A stretch of DNA of 64,000 nucleotides from Eledone cirrhosa (lineage: Eukaryota): contig OZ024741.1 in the NCBI GenBank assembly GCA_964016885.1, positions 275,466,001 through 275,530,000 of the forward strand, given 5' to 3'. The translations under genes were made by a program, and so were the position numbers. Shown one piece after another: positions 27,078 to 36,900 of the stretch (position 1 is its first letter; each line of letters starts with the position of its first letter). A model generated the notes under the pieces. It saw only the letters and a program-made list of their open reading frames with translations, did not search any database and was not told where the DNA came from.

Positions 27078-29697
27078 CCAGGAATAAATTTCAAAGCATA
27101 TTACTTGATGCTTTCGACAGTAAGGAAGAACTTTTAGAGTCGGACAATATAGAGGGAGAGTGGGAATTTCTGAAAGCAAACCTGCTGTTGGCGACAGACG
27201 AAGTCTGTGGCTGGAGCAGTCCTGTAGGCAGGAGGAGAGTAACATGGTGGTGGAACAGTAAGGTGGAGGGGTCAATTAAGGCCAAAAAGCAGGCTTGGAA
27301 AGTATGGCGGGATGGGGGAAGTAGAGAAGACTATCAAGTGGCCAGGAGGGAAGCTAGGAGACAAGTGTACTTAGCAAGAAGGGAAGCTGAGGAAAGAAAG
27401 TTCAAGCATGTTCTACAACGCGATGACCAAAAACGTGAGGTGTTCAGGATTGCTAGGCAATGCGTCAAGGAAAACCGTGATATTGTCGGGGAGAAGTGTG
27501 TACTAAACGACGATGGCACACTTGCCATCACCGACGCTGATAAGAAGGTAGCTTGGAAGTGTCACTATGAAAGGCTACTAAATGAGGAGAATAAATGGGA
27601 GAAAGACAGTCTCCCCCATATCGACCCAATAGAGGGACCAGCAGTGTTAGTCGAGGGGAGTATGATAAGTAAGGCAATCAAGGATATGAAGACGGGTAAG
27701 GCGGCTGGGCCTTCGGAAATAGTTGCTGAGATGCTGAAGGCATCTGGCACGGTGGGACACACCATGGTCACCCGCATAGTTAACCAAGTCGTACAGAATG
27801 GGGTTGTTCCGAAGGACTGGCATAGCAGCATCATCGTTAACTGTTATAAGGGTAAAGGAGACGCCCTAGATAGGAGTAACTATAGAGGCATTAAATTAAT
27901 CGACCAGGTCATGAAGGTCACGGAAAAAGTAATAGCACAACTAATCAGAGAGAGAATTGACCTAGATGAAATGCAGTTCGGGTTTGTGTCAGGCAAAAGT
28001 ACCACAGACGCTCTTTTCATTGTACGACAACTACATGAGAAGTACCTAGCTAAAGGTAAGCCCCTCTACTTAGCTTTTGTCGACTTGGAGAAAGCCTTCG
28101 ACAGAGTCCCCCGCTCCATTATCTGGTGGGCTCTTAGAAAACTAGGCGTTGACGAATGGCTTGTGAGGGCTATACAAGCCATGTATAAAGAAACAGTCAG
28201 CAAGGTTAGAATTAACAACGAATATAGTGAAGAGTTTAGCGTAAAAGTTGGTGTCCATCAGGGCTCTGTTCTCAGCCCCCTACTATTTATTATTGCCCTT
28301 CAGGCTATAACAGAGGAGTTCAAGACAGGCTGCCCATGGGAACTCCTATACGCAGACGACCTGACACTCATAGCGGAATCAATGGCCGAGCTAGAGAAGA
28401 AATTCCAAACATGGAAGCACGGCCTAGAATCAAAAGGCCTTAAAATTAACCTGGCTAAGACTAAAGTTCTAGTTTGTAAGAAAGAAAATAAGGCGGCGGT
28501 CCCCTCCGGGAAGTGGCCATGCGCAGAGTGTAGGAAAGGCGTAGGTAGAAATTCCATTTTGTGTCCCAAATGCAAAGTTTTGGGTGCATAAAAGATGTAG
28601 TGGGATCACAGGTAAGCTAACTAAGAACATAGATTTTACATGTGGCCGGTGTTCTGGGGAAATAAGTAGCAGCAAGTGCCCATAAAATACTAGCTCTTTC
28701 AACTGCGCAGAGGGTTCTATAGAAATAGTGGACAGCTTCCGTTACCTGGGTGACAAAATCAGCAGTGGGGGAGGGTGCTCTGAAAGTACAGTAGCTAGAG
28801 TCAGAACTGGGTGGAAAAAGTTCAGAGAGCTTATACCACTATTAGCCGCTAAAGGGTTCTCCCTAAAAATGAAAGGCAGGCTGTACGATGCCTGCATACG
28901 AACAGCAATGTTGCATGGCAGTGAGACCTGGGCATTATGTGCAGAGGATATACGCAGACTAGAGAGAAATGAAGCTTGCATGCTCCGCTGGATGTGTAAT
29001 AGTAATATACGTGAACGACAAAGCATAAACGAACTAAGGAAAAAATTAGAAATAAGAGGGATCAGATGTTGTTTACTAGAGAGAAGGCTACGTTGGTATG
29101 GTCACGTGATGCGCATGAAGGACGATAGCTGTATAACAAAGTGCAGGACAATAAAGATAGACGGTAGCCACAGAATAGGCAGACCCAGAAAAACCTGGGA
29201 CGAGCTGATAAACTCCGACCTCACACACTTACACCTCACCAAGACAATGTCACTGGACCGAGACCTTTGGCGGTACTCAGTAATAGAGAAGACCCGCTTT
29301 ACCTAAATACAAAGTAAAACCTACTACAGTCAGTAGGCATCTCTAACAAAATACACCCCCGTCCCACCACCACCACCCCATCCACACTGCCCCCTTCTAT
29401 GTAAAGTTATGTTGGTGCCACACCATCCAGGCCGAAACAAATGAGATCGTGTAGGTGTCACGACAAAAAAACACACAGTCCACGCTGTAATGTGGCCGTG
29501 TAGGCAACACGGTAAAAACCTCCCAGACCCACACTGTAAATGTGGTTGGTGTTTGGAAGGGCATCCAACTGTAGAAAACCTGCCAGACAGTTCTATGCGA
29601 GCAAGACAATCACTCTTGCCTCAAGTGGGAATATCCCCGTCCAAACCCATGCAAGCGTGGAACACGGACGTTAAACGTTGATGATGATGATGATGAT
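27078..29697 (+). mobile_element. RTE copy 5: 5'-truncated, frameshift and stop near the zinc finger
   Basis: RT in ORF ending 28591 and ORF 28728-29306; extra T at ~28580; CAA>TAA at ~28683; (GAT)n tail. Confidence 0.95.
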
Positions 29698-29718
29698 ATT
29701 TATATTTATATATATATT

Positions 29719-29749
<31 letters not shown>

Positions 29750-29762
29750 ATATTTATATATA

Positions 29763-29807
<45 letters not shown>

Positions 29808-29952
29808 TTATATATATATAAATGTAAGTATGCATGTATACGTACATACATATATGTATACAGACGTACAGTAGCATGCACATATATATATATATATATA
29901 CATATATACATACATATGCATACAGGTACACATACATATATGCACGTGGGTA

Positions 29953-29997
29953 AACGGTGCTGATGATAGCTAACAAGCTTGAAACTAGTACATCGTT
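29953..29997 (+). ncRNA. Type I hammerhead ribozyme (family A)
   Basis: AACGGTG-CTGATGA-TAGCT AACA AGCTT-GAAA-CTAG-TA|CATCGTT; predicted cleavage after 29990. Confidence 0.88.
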
Positions 29998-30415
29998 CCT
30001 GTGTTAGTGTTGAACAAAAAGGTGACGTGGTTGCCTTAACACCGTATGGCATAAATTCAGGCTGTTCAGTTTGTTTACAAACGAACAAAGCGACGTTATA
30101 ATAAGCGCCGCTAAACTGATACGTGCATATATGTATGTGTACCTGTATGCATATGTATGTATATATGTATATATATGTGCATGCTACTGTACGTCTGTAT
30201 ACATATATGTATGTACGTATACATGCATACTTACATTTAAGTAAGTGCCATACTAAGAGTGAGAAATGAAATTTCGTTTTCATTTTGTTTCAATTTATCG
30301 TTTTCGGTATGCCTGACCGATTTAACTCACTCAATATGCAAATTAGGCTGCTCAGCCTTAATTTTCATAAGGGAAGTATATACTTTCGAACGTTCAACTA
30401 TCTGGCAGATGGGTA

Positions 30416-30460
30416 AACGGTGCTGATGATAGCTAACAAGCTTGAAACTAGTACATCGTT
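30416..30460 (+). ncRNA. Type I hammerhead ribozyme (family A)
   Basis: Identical to 29953-29997. Confidence 0.88.
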
Positions 30461-30630
30461 CCTGTGTCAGTGTTGAACAAAAAGGTGACGTGGTTGCCTT
30501 AACACCGTATGGCATAAATTCAGGCTGTTCAGTTTGTTTACAAACGAACAAAGCGACGTTATAATAAGCGCCGCTAAACTGATACGTGCATATATGTATG
30601 TGTACCTGTATGCATATGCATATGTATGTA

Positions 30631-30672
<42 letters not shown>

Positions 30673-30790
30673 CATGCTACTGTACGTCTGTATACATATA
30701 TGTATGTACGTATACATGCATACTTACATTTAAGTAAGTGCCATACTAAGAGTGAGAAATGAAATCTCGTTTTCATTTTGTTTCAATTTA

Positions 30791-30950
30791 TATATATATT
30801 TATATATATATTTATATATATATTTATATATATATTTATATTTATATATATATATTATATTTATATATATATTTATATTTATATATATATATTATATTTA
30901 TATACATATTTATATTTATATATATATTTATATATATATATATTTATATT

Positions 30951-30981
<31 letters not shown>

Positions 30982-31012
30982 ATTTATATTTATATATATA
31001 TATATTTATATT

Positions 31013-31043
<31 letters not shown>

Positions 31044-31052
31044 ATATTTATA

Positions 31053-31085
<33 letters not shown>

Positions 31086-31100
31086 ATATATTATAATATA
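30791..31100. repeat. (TA)n/TTTA microsatellite
   Basis: Direct reading. Confidence 0.9.
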
Positions 31101-31105
31101 GATGA

Positions 31106-31154
31106 GATTCTACAGGACTAGAACTGTTTCATTCATTAGAAATCATCAGGAATC
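31106..31154 (-). ncRNA. Type I hammerhead ribozyme (family B, closed stem III)
   Basis: Minus strand GATTC-CTGATGA-TTTC TAAT GAAT-GAAA-CAG TTCTAGTC CTG-TA-GAATC; all three stems pair. Confidence 0.8.
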
Positions 31155-31242
31155 ATATATATTATATATATATTTATATAAATATCAATATGAGTTGATA
31201 TATATATAAAAAAAATAGAAATGAAAATATATTTTCAGTAGA

Positions 31243-31287
31243 AACCATGCTAGCGTGGAAAATGGACTTGAAACGGTGATGATGATA
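31243..31287 (+). mobile_element. Very short RTE-type 3' end (stem-loop remnant + GAT tail)
   Basis: AAACCATGCTAGCGTGGAAAATGGACTTGAAACGGTGATGATGAT. Confidence 0.6.
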
Positions 31288-31335
31288 CACACACACACCA
31301 CACACTTGCACACACACATGTATCAAAATGATTAT

Positions 31336-31404
31336 ACTATGTTGATGGTTATAATTTAGTCATGGCAGTGACTGCCATGACTAAATTATAACCATCAACA
31401 TAGT
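31336..31404. repeat. Perfect 69-bp hairpin (34-bp arms, 1-nt centre)
   Basis: ACTATGTTGATGGTTATAATTTAGTCATGGCAGT-G-ACTGCCATGACTAAATTATAACCATCAACATAGT. Confidence 0.95.
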
Positions 31405-31428
31405 CAAGGTATGTCAGGCATCAACTTG

Positions 31429-31490
31429 TTTTATCTGATGAGGACGTACTGTTGAAATAGCTCAGTACCTCTGAAATATGTATAATAAAA
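31429..31490 (+). ncRNA. Type I hammerhead ribozyme (family C)
   Basis: TTTTAT-CTGATGA-GGACGTACTG(11-nt loop)CAGTACCTCT-GAAA-TATGT-ATA|ATAAAA. Confidence 0.78.
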
Positions 31491-31654
31491 TATATTTGAT
31501 CACATGAATGTCTATATTTATTAATATTTTGAAGTAATATTAATAACTCCAGAAAACCTAGCTGTAGAGTGCTTCTAATCTATTGTGAAACTTTATTCAT
31601 TGATGAATTCATTGAACCTTGTTAAACTTTTAATTATATATATATATATAAATA

Positions 31655-31891
31655 TATATATATATTTCGAGGGTACCAACATTTTGGTACACTATCATCA
31701 GATAAAATACAAAGTGTGTTTTATAAATATTTGACATAACCAAGGATGATATACCTTAACGGTTCAAGTTATCCTTTCCAGGGATAAATTGAACCATTTA
31801 TTATCCTTGGTTATGTCAAATATTTATAAAACATTTTGTATTTTATCTGATGATAGTGTACCAAAATGTTGGTACCCTTGAAATATATATA
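31655..31891. repeat. ~235-bp imperfect palindrome with a hammerhead core in each arm
   Basis: 31661-31748 is nearly the reverse complement of 31803-31888; the centre also pairs (GGTTCAA.TTATCC / GGATAA.TTGAACC). Confidence 0.88.
31657..31708 (-). ncRNA. Hammerhead motif (family C') in the inverted arm, lacking the 3' strand of stem I
   Basis: Minus strand ATTTTAT-CTGATGA-TAGTGTACCAA AATG TTGGTACCCTC-GAAA-TATATATA, then (TA)n. Confidence 0.65.
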
Positions 31892-31898
31892 ATAGAAT
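31840..31898 (+). ncRNA. Type I hammerhead ribozyme (family C')
   Basis: ATTTTAT-CTGATGA-TAGTGTACCAA AATG TTGGTACCCTT-GAAA-TATAT-ATA|ATAGAAT. Confidence 0.78.
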
Positions 31899-32033
31899 AA
31901 ATATGGTTTTATAAATATAGTTTCCATTTATTTAATATCATTGTATATTATACTCCAGAAACTGTTGAGTGCTCTAAATCAGTTATAAACATTTATATTT
32001 GTTGAATTACCAACAAATTGAAAATCCCTTCTG

Positions 32034-32072
<39 letters not shown>

Positions 32073-32353
32073 GGTATTTATTATATGGTCTGTGTGTGTG
32101 CATACACATACATACATAGTATTTGTATCTGTATGTATATATATGTGTGTGTGTATAACATGATGTTATTGTCTAAATGCTTCCTCCCCCACCCACCCCT
32201 CAGACTAAGTTCTCATCACCACCTTCCTCCCACCCTGTCCTCACTGTAGTATCTCCTGCCCCAGCCAACTCTCCCTCACTCTCATAGGCACTGTCACTCT
32301 TCTACCAGCTCCCTGTCTCTATCTACCCCCCCCCCCCCCCTCGTCCCACTGAC

Positions 32354-32409
32354 ATTTGCCTTGCTGTTGTCTCTCCAAGTTCCTTCACAAAGACCCACAG
32401 CACTTCAAG
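32354..32409 (-). other. Candidate 56-bp host exon
   Basis: Minus strand: CTAAC branch point, polypyrimidine tract, CAG acceptor, open frame LEVLWVFVKELGETTARQ, GTCAGT donor-like site. No homology evidence. Confidence 0.3.
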
Positions 32410-32469
32410 CTGGGCCAGAGAGAGAAAGAGAAAGTTAGAAAGAAACCAGAATTTTCTGCTAGATCTACC

Positions 32470-33125
32470 CTCCTCTCTCTCTCTACTCACCTCCTCTCTT
32501 TCTCTCTACTCACCTCCTCTCTTTCTCTCTACTCACCTCCTCTCTTTCTCTCTACTCACCTCCTCTCTTTCTCTCTACTCACCTCCTCTCTTTCTCTCTA
32601 CTCACCTCCTCTCTTTCTCTCTACTCACCTCCTCTCTTTCTCTCTACTCACCTCCTCTCTTTCTCTTTACTCCTCTTTACTCCTCTTTTCTCTCATTCTC
32701 TCTTTCTCTCTTTCTCTCTACTCCTCTTCTCTCTCTTTCTCTCTACTCCACTTCTCTCTCTTTCTCTCTACTCCACTTCTCTCTCTTTCTCTCTTCTCTT
32801 CTCTCTTTCTCCTTCCTTCTTTGTCCTCTTTCTCTCTCCTCCCCTTTCTCTTTCTCTCTCCTCCCCTTTCTCCTCCTCTCTCCTTCTCTCTCTCCTCTCT
32901 CTCCTCCTCTCTCTCCTCCTCCCTCTCTTTTTCTCTCCTCTCTCTCCTTCTCTCTCTCCTCCTCCCTCTCTTTTTCTCTCCTCTCTCTCCTTCTCTCTAC
33001 TCCTCCCCCTTTCTTCTCCCTTCTCTCTCTCTTTCTGTCCCCCCCCCTTTGTCTCCTGTTTTTTCTCTCTCCTCTTCCTTCCCTTTTTCTCTCTCCCTTC
33101 TTTCACTCTCCATGCCCCCCCCCCT
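32470..33125. repeat. 23-bp minisatellite (CTACTCACCTCCTCTCTTTCTCT)n followed by a CT-rich polypyrimidine tract
   Basis: About 8 exact units at 32483-32665, then degenerate CT/CCT repeats. Confidence 0.9.
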
Positions 33126-33189
33126 GCTACACCCCTCTCCCTCGCTAACCCCTTGGCCCTCCTCTCACTAACTAAGTTTACATATAAAT

Positions 33190-33858
33190 GTTCCTACATA
33201 TATATGCATGTATGAATATATCTGTGCTTGTATGTATATATGCTTGTATGTATATATGTGCATGTATGTATGTGTGCATGTATGTATGTGTGTATGCATG
33301 CATTCATATATAAATGTGTATGTATGTGTGTGCATGTATGTATGTGTGTATGCATGCATTCATTTATAAATGTGTGCTTGTATGTATGTATGTATGTATA
33401 TATATATATATATGTGTGTAATTATGTATGTATATATCATTTATTGCTTGTATGTATGTATGTGTAGCTATGCATGTAAGTGTAATTGCGTGCTAGCACA
33501 TGTGTATGTATATATGTGGGTATGCCTGTATATACATGTGTGTATACTCTGTTTATGCATCTTTGTACATATAGTATGTATAAACATTGTGTGTGTGTAT
33601 ATGTATATAACTGTGTTCTAAACATATATTTGTGTGATAATGTATCTATCTATGTATGTATGTGTGTATGTATATCAGTACATATATATGTGCAATTATA
33701 TTATTTCTACATGTGTGTGTGTGTATATATATATAATTTCCATGCATTTATGAGTGTGCATTTACCTAAGTATGTGTAAATGTATGTAGGTATGTGTCCA
33801 TGTGTGTGTATGTATGTGTCCATATATATATATATATATACTGAGGTCATGGTCACCA

Positions 33859-33921
<63 letters not shown>
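33190..33921. repeat. Degenerate (TG/TA/ATGT)n low-complexity region ending in (CA)n
   Basis: Direct reading. Confidence 0.8.
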
Positions 33922-33922
<1 letters not shown>

Positions 33923-33986
33923 ACGTGTGTGTAGCATAGCCAGTCTATTTGTCTTCTGCTTGTTTAAATGTTTACACTCTTTGTTC

Positions 33987-36900
33987 ATGATGATGATGGT
34001 GGTGGTGGTAGTAGTAATGATGATGGTGATGATGGTGGTGGTGGTGGTGGTAGTAGTAATGATGATGGTGATGATGGTGGTGGTGGTGGTGGTAGTAGTA
34101 ATGATGATGGTGATGATGGTGATGATGGTGGTGGTGGTGGTGGTAGTAGTAATGGTGGTGGTGGTGGTGGTGGTAGTGATGGCAGTGGTGGTGTTGGTAG
34201 TGACGGCAGTGGTGGTGTTGGTAGTGATGGTGTTGGTAGTGATGACAGTGGTGGTGTTGGTAGTGGTGGTGTTGGTAGTGATGACAGTGGTGGTGTTGGT
34301 AGTGATGACAGTGATGGTGTTGGTAGTGATGGCAGTGGTGGTGTTGGTAGTGATGGTGTTGGTAGTGATGACAGTGGTGGTGTTGGTAGTGATGACAGTG
34401 GTGGTGTTGGTAGTGATGACAGTGATGGTGTTGGTAGTGATGACAGTGGTGGTGTTGGTAGTGATGGCAGTGATGGTGTTGGTAGTGATGACAGTGGTGG
34501 TGTTGGTAGTGATGGCAGTGATGGTGTTGGTAGTGATGACAGTGGTGGTGTTGGTAGTGATGACAGTGGTGGTGTTGGTAGTGATGGCAGTGGTGGTGTT
34601 GGTAGTGATGACAGTGGTGGTGTTGGTAGTGATGACAGTGGTGGTGTTGGTAGTGATGACAGTGGTGGTGTTGGTAGTGATGGCAGTGGTGGTGTTGGTA
34701 GTGATGACAGTGGTGGTGTTGGTAGTGATGACAGTGGTGGTGTTGGTAGTGATGACAGTGATGGTGTTGGTAGTGATGACAGTGGTGGTGTTGGTAGTGA
34801 TGGCAGTGATGGTGTTGGTAGTGATGACAGTGGTGGTGTTGGTAGTGATGGCAGTGATGGTGTTGGTAGTGATGACAGTGGTGGTGTTGGTAGTGATGAC
34901 AGTGGTGGTGTTGGTAGTGATGGCAGTGGTGGTGTTGGTAGTGATGACAGTGGTGGTGTTGGTAGTGATGACAGTGGTGGTGTTGGTAGTGATGACAGTG
35001 GTGGTGTTGGTAGTGATGGCAGTGGTGGTGTTGGTAGTGATGACAGTGGTGGTGTTGGTAGTGATGACAGTGGTGGTGTTGGTAGTGATGACAGTGGTGG
35101 TGTTGGTAGTGATGACAGTGATGGTGTTGGTAGTGATGACAGTGATGGTGTTGGTAGTGATGACAGTGGTGGTGTTGGTAGTGATGACAGTGGTGGTGTT
35201 GGTAGTGATGACAGTGGTGGTGTTGGTAGTGATGGCAGTGGTGGTGTTGGTAGTGATGACAGTGGTGGTGTTGGTAGTGGTGGTGTTGGTAGTGATGACA
35301 GTGGTGGTGTTGGTAGTGATGACAGTGGTGGTGTTGGTAGTGATGACAGTGGTGGTGTTGGTAGTGATGACAGTGGTGGTGTTGGTAGTGATGACAGTGG
35401 TGGTGTTGGTAGTGATGGCAGTGGTGGTGTTGGTAGTGATGGTGTTGGTAGTGATGACAGTGGTGGTGTTGGTAGTGATGACAGTGGTGGTGTTGGCAGT
35501 GATGGTGTTGGTAGTGATGACAGTGGTGGTGTTGGTAGTGATGGCAGTGATGGTGTTGGTAGTGATGACAGTGGTGGTGTTGGTAGTGATGGCAGTGATG
35601 GTGTTGGTAGTGATGACAGTGGTGGTGTTGGTAGTGATGACAGTGGTGGTGTTGGTAGTGATGGCAGTGATGGTGTTGGTAGTGATGGCAGTGATGGTGT
35701 TGGTAGTGATGACAGTGGTGGTGTTGGTAGTGATGACAGTGGTGGTGTTGGTAGTGATGACAGTGGTGGTGTTGGTAGTGATGACAGTGGTGGTGTTGGT
35801 AGTGATGACAGTGGTGGTGTTGGTAGTGATGGCAGTGGTGGTGTTGGTAGTGATGACAGTGGTGGTGTTGGTAGTGATGACAGTGGTGGTGTTGGTAGTG
35901 ATGACAGTGGTGGTGTTGGTAGTGATGACAGTGGTGGTGTTGGTAGTGATGACAGTGGTGGTGTTGGTAGTGATGACAGTGATGGTGTTGGTAGTGATGA
36001 CAGTGGTGGTGTTGGTAGTGATGACAGTGGTGGTGTTGGTAGTGATGGCAGTGGTGGTGTTGGTAGTGATGACAGTGGTGGTGTTGGTAGTGATGACAGT
36101 GGTGGTGTTGGTAGTGATGACAGTGTTGGTGTTGGTAGTGATGACAGTGGTGGTGTTGGTAGTGGTGGTGTTGGTAGTGATGACAGTGGTGGTGTTGGTA
36201 GTGATGACAGTGGTGGTGTTGGTAGTGGTGGTGTTGGTAGTGATGACAGTGTTGGTGTTGGTAGTGATGACAGTGGTGGTGTTGGTAGTGGTGGTGTTGG
36301 TAGTGATGACAGTGTTGGTGTTGGTAGTGATGACAGTGGTGGTGTTGGTAGTGATGACAGTGGTGGTGTTGGTAGTGATGGCAGTGGTGGTGTTGGTAGT
36401 GATGACAGTGGTGGTGTCGGTAGTGATGGCAGTGGTGGTGTTGGTAGTGATGACAGTGGTGGTGTTGGTAGTGATGACAGTGGTGGTGTTGGTAGTGATG
36501 ACAGTGGTGGTGTTGGTAGTGATGGCAGTGGTGGTGTTGGTAGTGATGACAGTGGTGGTGTTGGTAGTGATGGCAGTGATGGTGTTGGTAGTGATGGCAG
36601 TGGTGGTGTTGGTAGTGATGGCAGTGGTGGTGTTGGTAGTGATGGTGTTGGTAGTGATGACAGTGGTGGTGTTGGTAGTGATGACAGTGGTGGTGTTGGT
36701 AGTGATGACAGTGGTGGTGTTGGTAGTGATGGTGTTGGTAGTGATGACAGTGGTGGTGTTGGTAGTGATGACAGTGGTGGTGTTGGTAGTGATGACAGTG
36801 GTGGTGTTGGTAGTGATGACAGTGGTGGTGTTGGTAGTGATGGCAGTGGTGGTGTTGGTAGTGATGGTGTTGGTAGTGATGACAGTGGTGGTGTTGGTAG

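Larger units (their letters stand above)
29820..30790 (+). mobile_element. Retrozyme-like family A, locus 3 (5' inverted segment + ~1.8 units of 463 bp)
   Basis: HHR cores 463 bp apart; 29820-29947 is the reverse complement of the unit's ~30121-30239 segment; 3' end runs into (TA)n. Confidence 0.82.

Noticed and set aside
29621-30776. ORFs starting [11 protein letters not shown] in family A units
   Set aside because: Antisense to the ribozyme, run through variable-length microsatellite, and frame not conserved between loci.
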